A program made the translations under genes and the position numbers. Positions 19,235 to 29,034 of a stretch of DNA of 64,000 nucleotides are shown piece by piece. The notes below the pieces were generated by a model. It did no database searches and had not been told where the DNA came from. It was given only the letters and a program-made list of their open reading frames with translations. Within the stretch, counting starts at the first letter, position 1. Each line of letters starts with the position of its first letter. This DNA comes from Methanomethylovorans hollandica DSM 15978 (lineage in GTDB: Archaea; Halobacteriota; Methanosarcinia; Methanosarcinales; Methanosarcinaceae): contig NC_019977.1 of assembly GCF_000328665.1 (NCBI RefSeq), positions 2,162,011-2,226,010 of the forward strand, given 5' to 3'.

Positions 19235-19891
19235 TTAGAACTGGAAAAGCGTAGTTATTTGACTGGTGTATGCCATCCATAACCCTGCAACAATCAGTAA
19301 AAAGCCTGCTATTTTTTTCATAAAAACATCATAGAGGGCTATGCTGCTCAATCTCTTGGAAGACACATTTGCAGAATATGCTATAATCAGCATGGGCACT
19401 GCAAAACCTATTGAATATATTAGCAGCAATGATGCTCCGTAGACCAGATTGCCCTGCACAGCCACCAGCAAAAGCACGCTTCCCAGTAAAGGACCAACGC
19501 ATGGAATCCAGATGATCCCCAGGGATGAACCGAGAAGAATACCTCCTAGAAAACCCTGTTTTTCAACATGTACCTTACCAGTGAATGATAATATCCTGTT
19601 GAGAAACTGGAGATCAAATAACATGACAATGCCAAAAAGAATAATCATAATGGAAGCTGCGAGATGCAAATAAGGTATATAGTCTAGCAGAAAAGCTCCA
19701 AAGGCAGATGTGAGAACACCCATTGCAGTAAAGGAAAGGGCTAATCCGATAACCACTGCAACAGGCCTGTATTTCCCTTCCTTTGTAGAAAAGGCCAATA
19801 TTGCAGGCAGTAATGGAAGTGTGCAGGGCGAAAGTACACTCACAATGCCAGCAAACAGCACAGCCAGAGGGTCAAGATCTGTAATGACCAT
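19235..19891 (-). CDS. ccdA: Cytochrome c biogenesis protein CcdA
   Basis: SPCTLPLLP and WIPCVGP motifs, about six TM helices. Confidence 0.92.
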   Translation of the reverse strand: MVITDLDPLAVLFAGIVSVLSPCTLPLLPAILAFSTKEGKYRPVAVVIGLALSFTAMGVLTSAFGAFLLDYIPYLHLAASIMIILFGIVMLFDLQFLNRILSFTGKVHVEKQGFLGGILLGSSLGIIWIPCVGPLLGSVLLLVAVQGNLVYGASLLLIYSIGFAVPMLIIAYSANVSSKRLSSIALYDVFMKKIAGFLLIVAGLWMAYTSQITTLFQF

Positions 19892-19920
19892 ATATTCTTT
19901 TGCCTGTCCTTTTTTACTTT

Positions 19921-20391
19921 TTACTGATTGTTCCTTGATGCAATAGCCATATCCAAAGTTTTGAGAAGGGTTTCTTTGTCAGTTACCCCGATAAACCTGG
20001 CAATGTCCCTGTTCCTGGTAATATTACCATCAGAGGCCATATAGAGATACCCTTCCGAATCATTGTTCAATATAACGAACATGTCAGGAACAGAATAGAC
20101 ATTGAAGCCTCTAGCCACCTGAGGACTCTCCCGCGTATCAATATACATAATTGTTGCTTTCCCTGTATACTCCTGTGAGATCTCTTCAATTGTGGGTTTC
20201 ATGATCTTGCATGCAGGACACGAGGCAAAGCCCATAGATACAAATACAGGCCCTGAAACCAGAGCCTGGTCTATTTGCTGCATATCTTGAACATTCACTA
20301 CGGTGCCGTTCTCTGAAGAAGGATCTGCATCAAGACAACCGGAAGCGCCTATCAATAAGGCTACAATACAAAGGAAAAGATATTTTTTCAT
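19921..20391 (-). CDS. Exported thioredoxin family lipoprotein
   Basis: Signal peptide with ASGC lipobox-like motif; CPAC active site; upstream of ccdA. Confidence 0.85.
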   Translation of the reverse strand: MKKYLFLCIVALLIGASGCLDADPSSENGTVVNVQDMQQIDQALVSGPVFVSMGFASCPACKIMKPTIEEISQEYTGKATIMYIDTRESPQVARGFNVYSVPDMFVILNNDSEGYLYMASDGNITRNRDIARFIGVTDKETLLKTLDMAIASRNNQ

Positions 20392-20486
20392 AAACTCACC
20401 TGGCAACTACAGATCAGTATACTGTCTTGCCTGAATATAGGTTTTGTGCAGTTGATACACCGCGGTACAAAACCGTCTTGCATCCG

Positions 20487-21170
20487 TTATTGGAAATTGA
20501 GGACCTTCCATTTCAAAAGAATACCTTGCTCTATTTTCTCTGCTGAAATAAGTTCAAGAGGCAGAGTACTTGTATCCTTAAATCCTTCACCATCCACCAG
20601 AGTGGGCGCTACTTGACCTCCAATTATAACATTTCCCACAAAAGTGTATATCTCATCCACAAGCCCGCTTGAGAGCATGGCCCAGTTAAGTGTTGCTCCA
20701 CCCTCAACCATTAAACGATTGATACCCAGCAGATACAACTGCTCCATAGCATCAGGAAGATCGACTCGGCTTTCACCGGCGATGATGACCATGGCTTTCC
20801 TCCTCAATGCTTTTACATTTTCAGAAGGAGCGGATGAACTAACTACAACTATTCTCCGGCCTTCACCCTTTTTGAAAATATCAGCATCAATAGGGGTTCT
20901 TGCTTGACTATCAATTATAACGCGGACAGGATTTTCATCAAATCCTTTCTCCTTACGTTCAATTTTTCTTTGCACAGATTTCACTGTGAGACTTGGATCA
21001 TCCGCAAGTACAGTACCTATACCAACCATGATCGCATCCGATCCACAACGCAACCTGTCCACACGATCAAAATCTATAGCCCCTGAGATCCGCACCTGTT
21101 TTCTCTGCCATGTAGAGATCTTCCCATCAGCAGACATGGCAGAATTGATGAATATAAAAGGCCTATCCAT
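20487..21170 (-). CDS. 2,5-diamino-6-ribosylamino-4(3H)-pyrimidinone 5'-phosphate reductase (RibD C-terminal type)
   Basis: AMSADGKI, DAIMVGIGTVLADDPSL, MVEGG. Confidence 0.92.
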   Translation of the reverse strand: MDRPFIFINSAMSADGKISTWQRKQVRISGAIDFDRVDRLRCGSDAIMVGIGTVLADDPSLTVKSVQRKIERKEKGFDENPVRVIIDSQARTPIDADIFKKGEGRRIVVVSSSAPSENVKALRRKAMVIIAGESRVDLPDAMEQLYLLGINRLMVEGGATLNWAMLSSGLVDEIYTFVGNVIIGGQVAPTLVDGEGFKDTSTLPLELISAEKIEQGILLKWKVLNFQ

Positions 21171-21224
21171 TCTGAGCCACCATTGGTGTAGTGACCGGAT
21201 GATAAAAGCATCCGGCAAAAAGGA

Positions 21225-22076
21225 TCAAAGATCGACAATTGACTTCAGTAGATCACGATCCCTTAATAGTCCGAGGAACTTCTGGTTTGCATTGACTATT
21301 GGGACCTGGTCGATACGGTTACGTTTCATCTTAAGTGCACATTCACTTACACCAGATATATATGAGGCTTTTACAAGGCTAGTGACCATAATATCCTTGG
21401 CAAACACGTTTGGAACCTTGATCCTTGAAACACTGTAGTAGATGCTCATGGTATCACGCATGGATTCCCATGTCCAATGATCATCATCCGCACCATTTGA
21501 CATGTTTGACATCTCTACTGAGTCTTCGATTATACTGGCACTGATAACATCCCGGTCCGAGATGATACCCACAAGCTCGAGTTCTGAGCTCAGGACGGGA
21601 ACTGCTTTCACGTTCGCAAGTTCCATGACCCTTGCAACAACGTTAAGAGGGCATTCACTCCATACAGGTACTGATTTATTACTGCTGTACTGACCTACAT
21701 GATCAGTGAGATTCAGATCTGCAAGAGCGCCAACAAGATCAGCGACCGTAAGTAACCCTTGCAGTTTCCCATCTTCGACTACAGGAAGCCTGCGAATATT
21801 ATGTTGCAGTATCAGCCTGGCAGCATCTGTGATATCCTTATCCGCGCTTATACTGACAGGATCCCTGGTCATAAGCAATGCAAGTTGTTCTTCTTCCGGG
21901 TTCTGTAATAGATTTGACCTGCTGACAATACCAACAAGCTTTCCATCCTTTAATACAGGGACCCCGGATACTTTTTTTGCCTTCAGTATCTCAAGGACTT
22001 CATCTCTTGAGCCTGGGAGTGTTGCACAAGCAACATCTTTTACCATTATGTCTGAAACTTTAATGTTTTTAGGCAT
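21225..22076 (-). CDS. CBS domain protein
   Basis: Repeated xxPVx...LVGI CBS motifs. Confidence 0.9.
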   Translation of the reverse strand: MPKNIKVSDIMVKDVACATLPGSRDEVLEILKAKKVSGVPVLKDGKLVGIVSRSNLLQNPEEEQLALLMTRDPVSISADKDITDAARLILQHNIRRLPVVEDGKLQGLLTVADLVGALADLNLTDHVGQYSSNKSVPVWSECPLNVVARVMELANVKAVPVLSSELELVGIISDRDVISASIIEDSVEMSNMSNGADDDHWTWESMRDTMSIYYSVSRIKVPNVFAKDIMVTSLVKASYISGVSECALKMKRNRIDQVPIVNANQKFLGLLRDRDLLKSIVDL

Positions 22077-22094
22077 GTGGATCCTCTTCCGTGA

Positions 22095-22550
22095 TCACTC
22101 TTTCTTGGAGGAGACACCCTTTACTACCAGGACAGGAACTGGGGAGTTGCGAGTCACTTTCTCTGCAACGCTTCCCAGAAGGAATCTGTCAAGACCACTC
22201 TTTCCAAGGGTGCCCATAACTATAACATCTATCCCGTTTTTCTGTGCGAAATCAATTATCTCATTGCTTGGATGACCTTCCAGTACAATTGTTTCTGCAT
22301 CCACACCTGCTTGCTTCGCCAGCTGTTCAACATTTTTTACAGCATTGTTTGCTTCTGTTTCCAGAAGTTCATACATCATTTCCCATCCTGCATCCATAGG
22401 AATAGAGGCAAAAGCAGCAGTGTCCACAACGTAGCCGACAAATATTTTACCCCCGGCTATTTTTGCCAGTTCTATGCTATACTCTATAGCTCTTCTGTTC
22501 TGTTCAGAGCCGTCTGTCGCAATGAATATTTTCTTAAACTCGGCTGTCAT
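22095..22550 (-). CDS. Universal stress protein
   Basis: IATDGS, VMGTLGKSGLDRFLLGSVAEKV. Confidence 0.95.
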   Translation of the reverse strand: MTAEFKKIFIATDGSEQNRRAIEYSIELAKIAGGKIFVGYVVDTAAFASIPMDAGWEMMYELLETEANNAVKNVEQLAKQAGVDAETIVLEGHPSNEIIDFAQKNGIDVIVMGTLGKSGLDRFLLGSVAEKVTRNSPVPVLVVKGVSSKKE

Positions 22551-22570
22551 TATCCAATCTCCACAACATA

Positions 22571-23674
22571 TTAATTGATAATTGTAAGGATATCATCGGG
22601 TCTTGCCCTGCGAACAATACCTCTTAGAGGATCGGCAATACCTGCAAGGTTGTCAGAGTTTCCATTCATGAGCATGATCTTTGGACTCAGACCTTTTGCA
22701 ATATATCCAGATTCATTGACATTCAGTATTGATGCACCGTTAAGCGTACACATCTTAAATACTTGTCTATCATCTACCCCGAATATTTTCACAAGTAGCT
22801 CCATCTCAGTGAACATATTGGGAGAATCAAGCATCACATTGTCAGTACCTACAGCTACATTGATACCAAGGTCTAGCATTTGCTCCACAGGTGGCATGCC
22901 TACGCCTGTAATGAAATTTGACCTTGGGCATACAACTATTGGTTTCTGCTGATCTGCAACTTGTCTGAGATCAGACATCTCTGCATGGGTCATATGTACT
23001 AGTACATCCGGTTCCAGGGAAAGTGCCGAACCAATATCGCTCCTGTCCCTCTCCCCGGAGTGAATGAAAAAGGGTTTCTTGCGCGAAGCTGCAACTTCCC
23101 TTAAAGTTTCCAGTACATTCCTGTCCAGATCTCTGGCACCACTTACACCCAAACCATGGGATTCCTGTAATAAGAGCTCAGCTTCATATTCAATGTCGGA
23201 CTTATCACCTTCTGTCTGACTTATTCGGCCAAGGATCATACCTTCTATATCTTTACCTTCAAGCGCTTCCTTTAAAGCAAGTGTACCTGGCACTCCACCT
23301 TCTCTGAAATCTGCAAAAGCAGATGTTCCTGTAATTATCATATCAGAAATGGTTCTTTTCATTGCTTCGATAAGTTCGGACTGCGGAGTGGCCATTAATA
23401 TACGATGTTTAAGGCCATCCGGAGGCTTGACAAGGGCATCCAGATCACGCTCTATCCGATTATCAACTGTCTTCCCAAGTACAGGATCTTTAAGTACAGA
23501 ATCACCTACGTGAGTATGCGAATTGACCAGGCACGGGGAAATAATTACCTCGCTTGTGGTATTTTCCTCTCCGATATCAGTTATGACACCGTCTCTCAGA
23601 CAGATATATCCTTTGATGATTTCTGGTTCCGGCCCCAGGATGATTTTCCCATAGATTACCTGTTCGCTGGACAT
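22571..23674 (-). CDS. Amidohydrolase family metal-dependent hydrolase
   Basis: NSHTH, IHSGE, VHMTH, CPRSN, GTDN. Confidence 0.88.
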   Translation of the reverse strand: MSSEQVIYGKIILGPEPEIIKGYICLRDGVITDIGEENTTSEVIISPCLVNSHTHVGDSVLKDPVLGKTVDNRIERDLDALVKPPDGLKHRILMATPQSELIEAMKRTISDMIITGTSAFADFREGGVPGTLALKEALEGKDIEGMILGRISQTEGDKSDIEYEAELLLQESHGLGVSGARDLDRNVLETLREVAASRKKPFFIHSGERDRSDIGSALSLEPDVLVHMTHAEMSDLRQVADQQKPIVVCPRSNFITGVGMPPVEQMLDLGINVAVGTDNVMLDSPNMFTEMELLVKIFGVDDRQVFKMCTLNGASILNVNESGYIAKGLSPKIMLMNGNSDNLAGIADPLRGIVRRARPDDILTIIN

Positions 23675-23933
23675 TTGAAACTCGTTGCTGTGTAGTTAGT
23701 ATTAATATATCCACAAAAACTGTGCTATTAACCGGGTAAATAGGTATAATCCTTAATAAGATTATGTGTATTGAAATCCGCTTGCAACATCAAAAGATAG
23801 ATTTCTTGCGGATCGATGCGTAATGTTGATATAGATGCATTATAAACAATTGACTGCGCATTTATAGGTCCTTGCACAAGAATATGGCAGAGCCATTCAG
23901 TGAGTGTACAGTCAACCAAAATGCGCTACAAAA

Positions 23934-24033
23934 GATAATGCGAAATGTGCCTGTCACGAGGGAAACTGGGAGGGACTGCGGACATTCCAGAGGATGAACT
24001 CCCGGAGTTAGTGCGTCAGGCCACAGCATTATC
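23934..24033 (+). ncRNA. Candidate K-turn-containing H/ACA-like guide sRNA
   Basis: Long hairpin (GAUAAUGC/GCAUUAUC; GCCUG/CAGGC; CUGGGAG/CUCCCGG), K-turn-like GGA...GGAUGA, ACA at 24023-24025; no credible ORF. Confidence 0.55.
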
Positions 24034-24089
24034 GGCGACAAGCTTGCATTCTCATCACTTCTATATACGATTTGGAGATTTCTACATCC

Positions 24090-24407
24090 ATGCCTTTCAA
24101 AGATGCATTAAGAGAGGTCAGTGATGGAATAGTGATAGACCTTGAAGTCACTCCGGGTTCTAAACGTGCATGTGTCCCGAGTGGCTATAATCCCTGGAGA
24201 AAGCGCATTGAAGTAAAGCTTTCCCAAGCTGCACAGAAAGGAAAGGCTAATGAACAACTGATAGAACATGTGGCAGCTTTATTCGGCGTGGCCGGCTCCT
24301 CTGTCAGCATCATCAGCGGGGCTAAGAACAGCCAGAAATCCATCCTTGTAAAAAAGGTGGATATGGACCTTGCAGTAGCTGTTCTTGGCAGGAATATAAA
24401 AGAGTGA
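24090..24407 (+). CDS. DUF167 (UPF0235/YggU) protein
   Basis: EVTPGS, GKANEQL, ISGAKNSQK. Confidence 0.9.
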   Translation: MPFKDALREVSDGIVIDLEVTPGSKRACVPSGYNPWRKRIEVKLSQAAQKGKANEQLIEHVAALFGVAGSSVSIISGAKNSQKSILVKKVDMDLAVAVLGRNIKE

Positions 24408-24486
24408 CCTGCTCCTGTGAATACTTTCACCTAGCTTGGGACCGGTTAATATATGCTCCTTCCATAGTGCATATGAGGTGAAAAGC

Positions 24487-24612
24487 ATGGATATACTATT
24501 CGAAGGTTTGCTTGCACGGGCAAGGCATTATGAGCAGTTCGAACAATTCCAAAGGTCCGTACAAATGGTGGATTGTCGGGAAGCTGACACATGCCAAACC
24601 ACAGAAGCATGA
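24487..24612 (+). CDS. Small hypothetical protein (41 aa)
   Basis: GAGGTG 6 nt before ATG, TTAATATA box upstream; MDILFEGLLARARHYEQFEQFQRSVQMVDCREADTCQTTEA. Confidence 0.5.
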   Translation: MDILFEGLLARARHYEQFEQFQRSVQMVDCREADTCQTTEA

Positions 24613-24675
24613 AATAATTATGAAAATACTTATCAAGGCAGGAACTAATAATTAAACAAAAAAATATGTCTCCAT

Positions 24676-25176
24676 ATGTCTAAGAACTTTAATACCCATA
24701 GGATCTCAGGCCAGGATATAATCCTCAAGGCACCAATGTTCGTATATAGAAAACGTCTTGAGCTTATGGAAGAGTTGCTTGAGGAACTCCTTTGTTTTTC
24801 TAGTGAAGGGAACATGATCCTTGTAGAGGGAAAAAGAGACAGGGCATCACTTGAAAAGCTTGGTATAAAGGGAAAAATAGAACTTGTTACCTACTACCCC
24901 TTAACAGATATCTGCGAAAAAATTGCTGCTACTGGAAAAGAAGTAGTAATATTGACAGACTGGGACCGAAGAGGTGCCATTCTTGAAAAGAAGATAGCGG
25001 GGCACTTGGAGCATTATGGAGTTAAAATAAAGCATCAACTAAGGGAAAGAGTACTGTCGCTTGTACAAAAGGATATAAAGGATGTGGAAAGCCTGTATAC
25101 CCATATTCAAAGATTAAAACAAATAGCTGATCCTGGGTACAACTATAACAACACTGATGATAACGTTTTCATTTAG
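24676..25176 (+). CDS. Toprim domain protein (UPF0292-like)
   Basis: LVEGKRD and ILTDWDRRG motifs, KDVESL. Confidence 0.88.
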   Translation: MSKNFNTHRISGQDIILKAPMFVYRKRLELMEELLEELLCFSSEGNMILVEGKRDRASLEKLGIKGKIELVTYYPLTDICEKIAATGKEVVILTDWDRRGAILEKKIAGHLEHYGVKIKHQLRERVLSLVQKDIKDVESLYTHIQRLKQIADPGYNYNNTDDNVFI

Positions 25177-25565
25177 CCATAAGCCGATTGAGTACTGTCC
25201 TGAGACACAAACTTACGTTCAAATTCAGGATATAGCTCGGCTTTATCCACTAATTCTTCGTAGACTTTATGCCGTGGGCTCACAATTACAATGTGAGCAG
25301 GCGGGTGGATCTTACGAAGTTTACTGATAGCTGCTCCCGCATTATTGTCGAGTTCCACCAGCGCTGCAGAGTTGCATTTGGATTTTAGAGGTACTCCGAC
25401 CACACTAACAAGCACATTATCAGCATACTGGGGTTCGATGCGCTTAGGCTTTGATAGAAAACGTAGATGACCATAGTGTTCGAGATCATGCAATGCTACA
25501 TTAACCTTATCGGCATTGTCTGCCCTTATGACAGCAAACGACTTAATGTCAATCCCTCTGGTCAA
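25173..25565 (-). CDS. DUF356-like conserved archaeal protein
   Basis: IRADNADKVNVALHDLE...LRKIHPPAHIVIVS. Confidence 0.75.
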   Translation of the reverse strand: MTRGIDIKSFAVIRADNADKVNVALHDLEHYGHLRFLSKPKRIEPQYADNVLVSVVGVPLKSKCNSAALVELDNNAGAAISKLRKIHPPAHIVIVSPRHKVYEELVDKAELYPEFERKFVSQDSTQSAYG

Positions 25566-25690
25566 ACTACAATCCCCCTTTTTGATCTAAACATAGTTTA
25601 TGATTCACGATATAAGAGTTTTGTTATTTTAAATTTCAAATGCTCAACATTTAATAAATTCTGTTTAAATATATAGTTTTCCATGAGATT

Positions 25691-26506
25691 TTATTCCCCA
25701 AGTTCCCGGGACCTTTTTGCAGAAGCAATGACCGCATTCATAAAGGCAGCACGTACACCCCTTTCCTCAAGTTCCTTTATGCCCCTGATAGTGGTTCCTG
25801 CAGGAGAAGTAACCATATCCTTGAGCTCACCCGGATGAGCATGGAACTCAAGCGCCATCTTTGCTGCACCAAGCACCGTCTGAGCTGCCAGCACAAGCGC
25901 ACTATCCCGATCAAGACCTTCATATACTCCACCATCAGCCATAGCTTCGATAACAGGGAATATATATGCAGGTCCGCTTCCTGAAAGTCCTGTCACCGCA
26001 TCCATCAGTTTTTCCTGGACTATTATAGCACTGCCTACAGAACTGAAAATCTCAAGTGCAAGTTCGGCATCTTCCATGGAAGCGGCTGCTCCCGGACAGA
26101 CTGCAGAAGCAGCTGCTGAAACTGTTGCAGCGATGTTTGGCATCACACGTATGATCCTTGTTTCAGGAACAAGCTCTTTTGCTATCTCCTGCAGAGGAAC
26201 ACCTGCAGCTATCGATATCACAAGTTTCTCAGAAGTAACCTTGTCCCTTATCGATTTGAGCACACTCTTCAGGATCTGAGGTTTGACCGCAAGCAGGATT
26301 ACATCGGAATTCACAACAGTAAAATTATTATCATTAGACACATTTATACCGATATCGGTACGCATTTTTTCCAGTCCTGGATCATACACATCACTTGCAT
26401 ACACATTGGAAGGGGCTATAATCCCTGAATCGCATATTCCTTTTATGAGGGCAGAACCCATCTTCCCAGTCCCGATAATCCCCAGCTTCTTATCCTTAAG
26501 GCTCAT
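25691..26506 (-). CDS. proC: Pyrroline-5-carboxylate reductase
   Basis: GTGKMG, AVKPQ, RVMPN, SGSGPAY, VTSPAGTT. Confidence 0.96.
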   Translation of the reverse strand: MSLKDKKLGIIGTGKMGSALIKGICDSGIIAPSNVYASDVYDPGLEKMRTDIGINVSNDNNFTVVNSDVILLAVKPQILKSVLKSIRDKVTSEKLVISIAAGVPLQEIAKELVPETRIIRVMPNIAATVSAAASAVCPGAAASMEDAELALEIFSSVGSAIIVQEKLMDAVTGLSGSGPAYIFPVIEAMADGGVYEGLDRDSALVLAAQTVLGAAKMALEFHAHPGELKDMVTSPAGTTIRGIKELEERGVRAAFMNAVIASAKRSRELGE

Positions 26507-26527
26507 TGACTTACAACTCCTGTATAC

Positions 26528-27010
26528 TTACTTACGCTTGATATTGACTATATCTCCAAGGGTCGTTCCTCTATGGAGCTTATCACCTTTCCAGTCATCA
26601 TCACTAATCTTTTCAATTAGTTTGACCTCAAGGATACGTTCAAGCTTTTCCCTTACGCTGTCCTCAGGGACCAGCTCCCTGCGTTCAAATTTCCGGATGA
26701 GGGTTGCCTTTTCCTTTATTTGGGCAGCAAGTTGTTCAGGCGTCCAGCCACGCTTTTCCCTTGCTTCCCGAATAATCTGATCATAATTATCCATGATCTC
26801 TTCAGCAAGCTTTTCAAATCCAGTCCTCTGAGTTCTCCTAGGCCTGACAGATGTTGGTTGCACCGGAGAGACCTTTCTGGAGACGGGCACACGTTTGCTG
26901 GCAGGAGCACCATAGTGGGAGCATTTGGTACATACAGTCAGTTCACTACCATCGATAATGACCTTAAAAGGACTTTCACGAATATCTTCACCGCATATTT
27001 CGCATTGCAT
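26528..27010 (-). CDS. Archaeal multiprotein bridging factor aMBF1
   Basis: CEICG...VCTKC zinc ribbon, HTH, TLGD C-terminal motif. Confidence 0.92.
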   Translation of the reverse strand: MQCEICGEDIRESPFKVIIDGSELTVCTKCSHYGAPASKRVPVSRKVSPVQPTSVRPRRTQRTGFEKLAEEIMDNYDQIIREAREKRGWTPEQLAAQIKEKATLIRKFERRELVPEDSVREKLERILEVKLIEKISDDDWKGDKLHRGTTLGDIVNIKRK

Positions 27011-27093
27011 ACACAAATCACTCTTAAAAGTCTACATAGCGTTTTTACGAAAGGGCTATATATCGTATGCACTTAAATAATGTTCGGAGCTGT

Positions 27094-28386
27094 ATGAACG
27101 AGACCAGTGAAACAGATACCAAGAGGTTCGCACCTGCGGGGGCGGACAGGAACAACTATGAATATTCTGGTTCAGAAACTGACGAAGATTTTTCCAAATA
27201 CCTGCTGGACCGCATGAAACAATTAGAATCCCGTAACACTCTTCTGAAAGAACAATGCGACCAGATGGAATCGGAAAAAAGATATGTAGAAAGCCAGAAG
27301 CTCAGATTTGAGCGAGAAGTCCGCAGGATGCAGGCTGAGATAGATAGATTAAAAACTGCACCTCTTGTAGTTGCAACAGTAATAGACCTTATAGGTACTG
27401 ACAAAGTCCTTGTGAAAAGTAGTACTGGCCCCCAATTCCTGGTGGGCATTTCCCAGTTCATTGATGACGAGAGCCTGATGCCTGGTGCTACAGTGGCTTT
27501 AAATCAGCAGACGCTTGCTGTAGTGGATGTTATACCTTTCACTGAGGAGCCCATGGTTAATGCTATGGAAGTTGTCGATCCCCAGGATGTGGACTATGAC
27601 CAGATAGGCGGTCTTGATGAGCAGGTACAGGAGATAGTAGAATCTGTGGAATTACCTCTTACTAAACCCGAGGCATTTGCCAGAATAGGTATATCACCCC
27701 CAAAAGGAGTATTGCTCTATGGAGAGCCGGGCACAGGAAAGACCCTGCTTGCAAAGGCAGTGGCTAACAGAACAGAAGCTACTTTTATCAGAGTAGTGGG
27801 TTCCGAACTGATACAAAAATATATAGGTGATGGCGCAAAGCTTGTGAGGGAGATCTTTGCCATGGCAAGGAAGAAGGCACCATCCATTATATTCATCGAT
27901 GAGCTTGATGCCATTGCCTCAAGGCGCCTTAATGATACGAATGGTGCCGACCGTGAGGTCCAGCGAACGCTTATGCAGCTTCTTGCCGAGATGGATGGCT
28001 TTGACAACCGCGGAGAAGTGCGTATAATAGCCGCAACCAACCGCCTGGATGTACTTGACCCGGCCATACTGCGCCCCGGCAGATTTGACAGAATAGTTTA
28101 TGTGCCCATGCCTGATGCCAATGCAAGAGAGATGATCCTTAGGATCCATACCCGGAATATGAAGATAGCAAAGGACATTGATTTCAAGAAACTTGCCTCT
28201 CTTGCTGAAGGAGTAAGCGGTGCAGACCTTAGTGCTATTGCCATGGAGGCTGGCATGCTTGCTGTCAGAGAGGATAAACAACAGGTAGAAATGGAACACT
28301 TCCTTGGATCAGTAAAGAAAGTAATGTCACCTATAAAGTATTCCGTTCAGGTCACTACCGATCAACCACAAACAATGTTTGGCTGA
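27094..28386 (+). CDS. pan: Proteasome-activating nucleotidase
   Basis: Coiled coil + OB + [28 protein letters not shown]-terminal MFG (HbYX-like). Confidence 0.95.
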   Translation: MNETSETDTKRFAPAGADRNNYEYSGSETDEDFSKYLLDRMKQLESRNTLLKEQCDQMESEKRYVESQKLRFEREVRRMQAEIDRLKTAPLVVATVIDLIGTDKVLVKSSTGPQFLVGISQFIDDESLMPGATVALNQQTLAVVDVIPFTEEPMVNAMEVVDPQDVDYDQIGGLDEQVQEIVESVELPLTKPEAFARIGISPPKGVLLYGEPGTGKTLLAKAVANRTEATFIRVVGSELIQKYIGDGAKLVREIFAMARKKAPSIIFIDELDAIASRRLNDTNGADREVQRTLMQLLAEMDGFDNRGEVRIIAATNRLDVLDPAILRPGRFDRIVYVPMPDANAREMILRIHTRNMKIAKDIDFKKLASLAEGVSGADLSAIAMEAGMLAVREDKQQVEMEHFLGSVKKVMSPIKYSVQVTTDQPQTMFG

Positions 28387-28436
28387 TGTTCGTGGTTGAC
28401 AATTGATTTTTTTGGGTAAGAGGACAATCTATTCTT

Positions 28437-29027
28437 GTGTACAGATCATTCCATGTAAAAAATGAGATAAGAGTACTTGCCATAGACGATTCTGCACTGA
28501 TAAGTGACCAGATAATGATAGTTGGAGCCTTCTTCAGAGGAGGAGACTGGCTGGACGGGGTCATGAGATCCTATGTCAAAAAAGATGGTATGGATAGTAC
28601 GGATGTTATTACAAATATGATAATGTCCAGTAAACATCGTGAGCAGATACGCATAATAATGCTGGATGGAGTGACTTATGCCGGTTTCAACCCAGTGGAC
28701 ATTAATTTGATATGGGAAAGAACAGGTCTTCCCATAATTGCGGTCATGCGATGCTACCCTGATCTCAGAAAGATAGAAGATGCCTTGATGCACCTGCCTG
28801 AACCAGAAAAAAGAATGGATACCATACTTCGGGCTGGCAGTATCACAGAAGTACGACCAAACCCAGGGTCAAATCCGATCTATATACAATGTGCAGGAAT
28901 AGAAGCACAACATGCAGCAAAGATAGTAAAGCTGACAGCTACAAGGAGTAACATCCCTGAACCTCTGAGAGTCGCCCACCTCATTGCAACAGGAATAGTA
29001 CTTGGAGAGTCAAGGGGAAAAGCATAA
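28437..29027 (+). CDS. DUF99 (UPF0215) endonuclease V-like protein
   Basis: LAIDDS, LDGVTYAGFN, PEPLRVAHLIA. Confidence 0.88.
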   Translation: MYRSFHVKNEIRVLAIDDSALISDQIMIVGAFFRGGDWLDGVMRSYVKKDGMDSTDVITNMIMSSKHREQIRIIMLDGVTYAGFNPVDINLIWERTGLPIIAVMRCYPDLRKIEDALMHLPEPEKRMDTILRAGSITEVRPNPGSNPIYIQCAGIEAQHAAKIVKLTATRSNIPEPLRVAHLIATGIVLGESRGKA

Positions 29028-29034
29028 GGAAACC

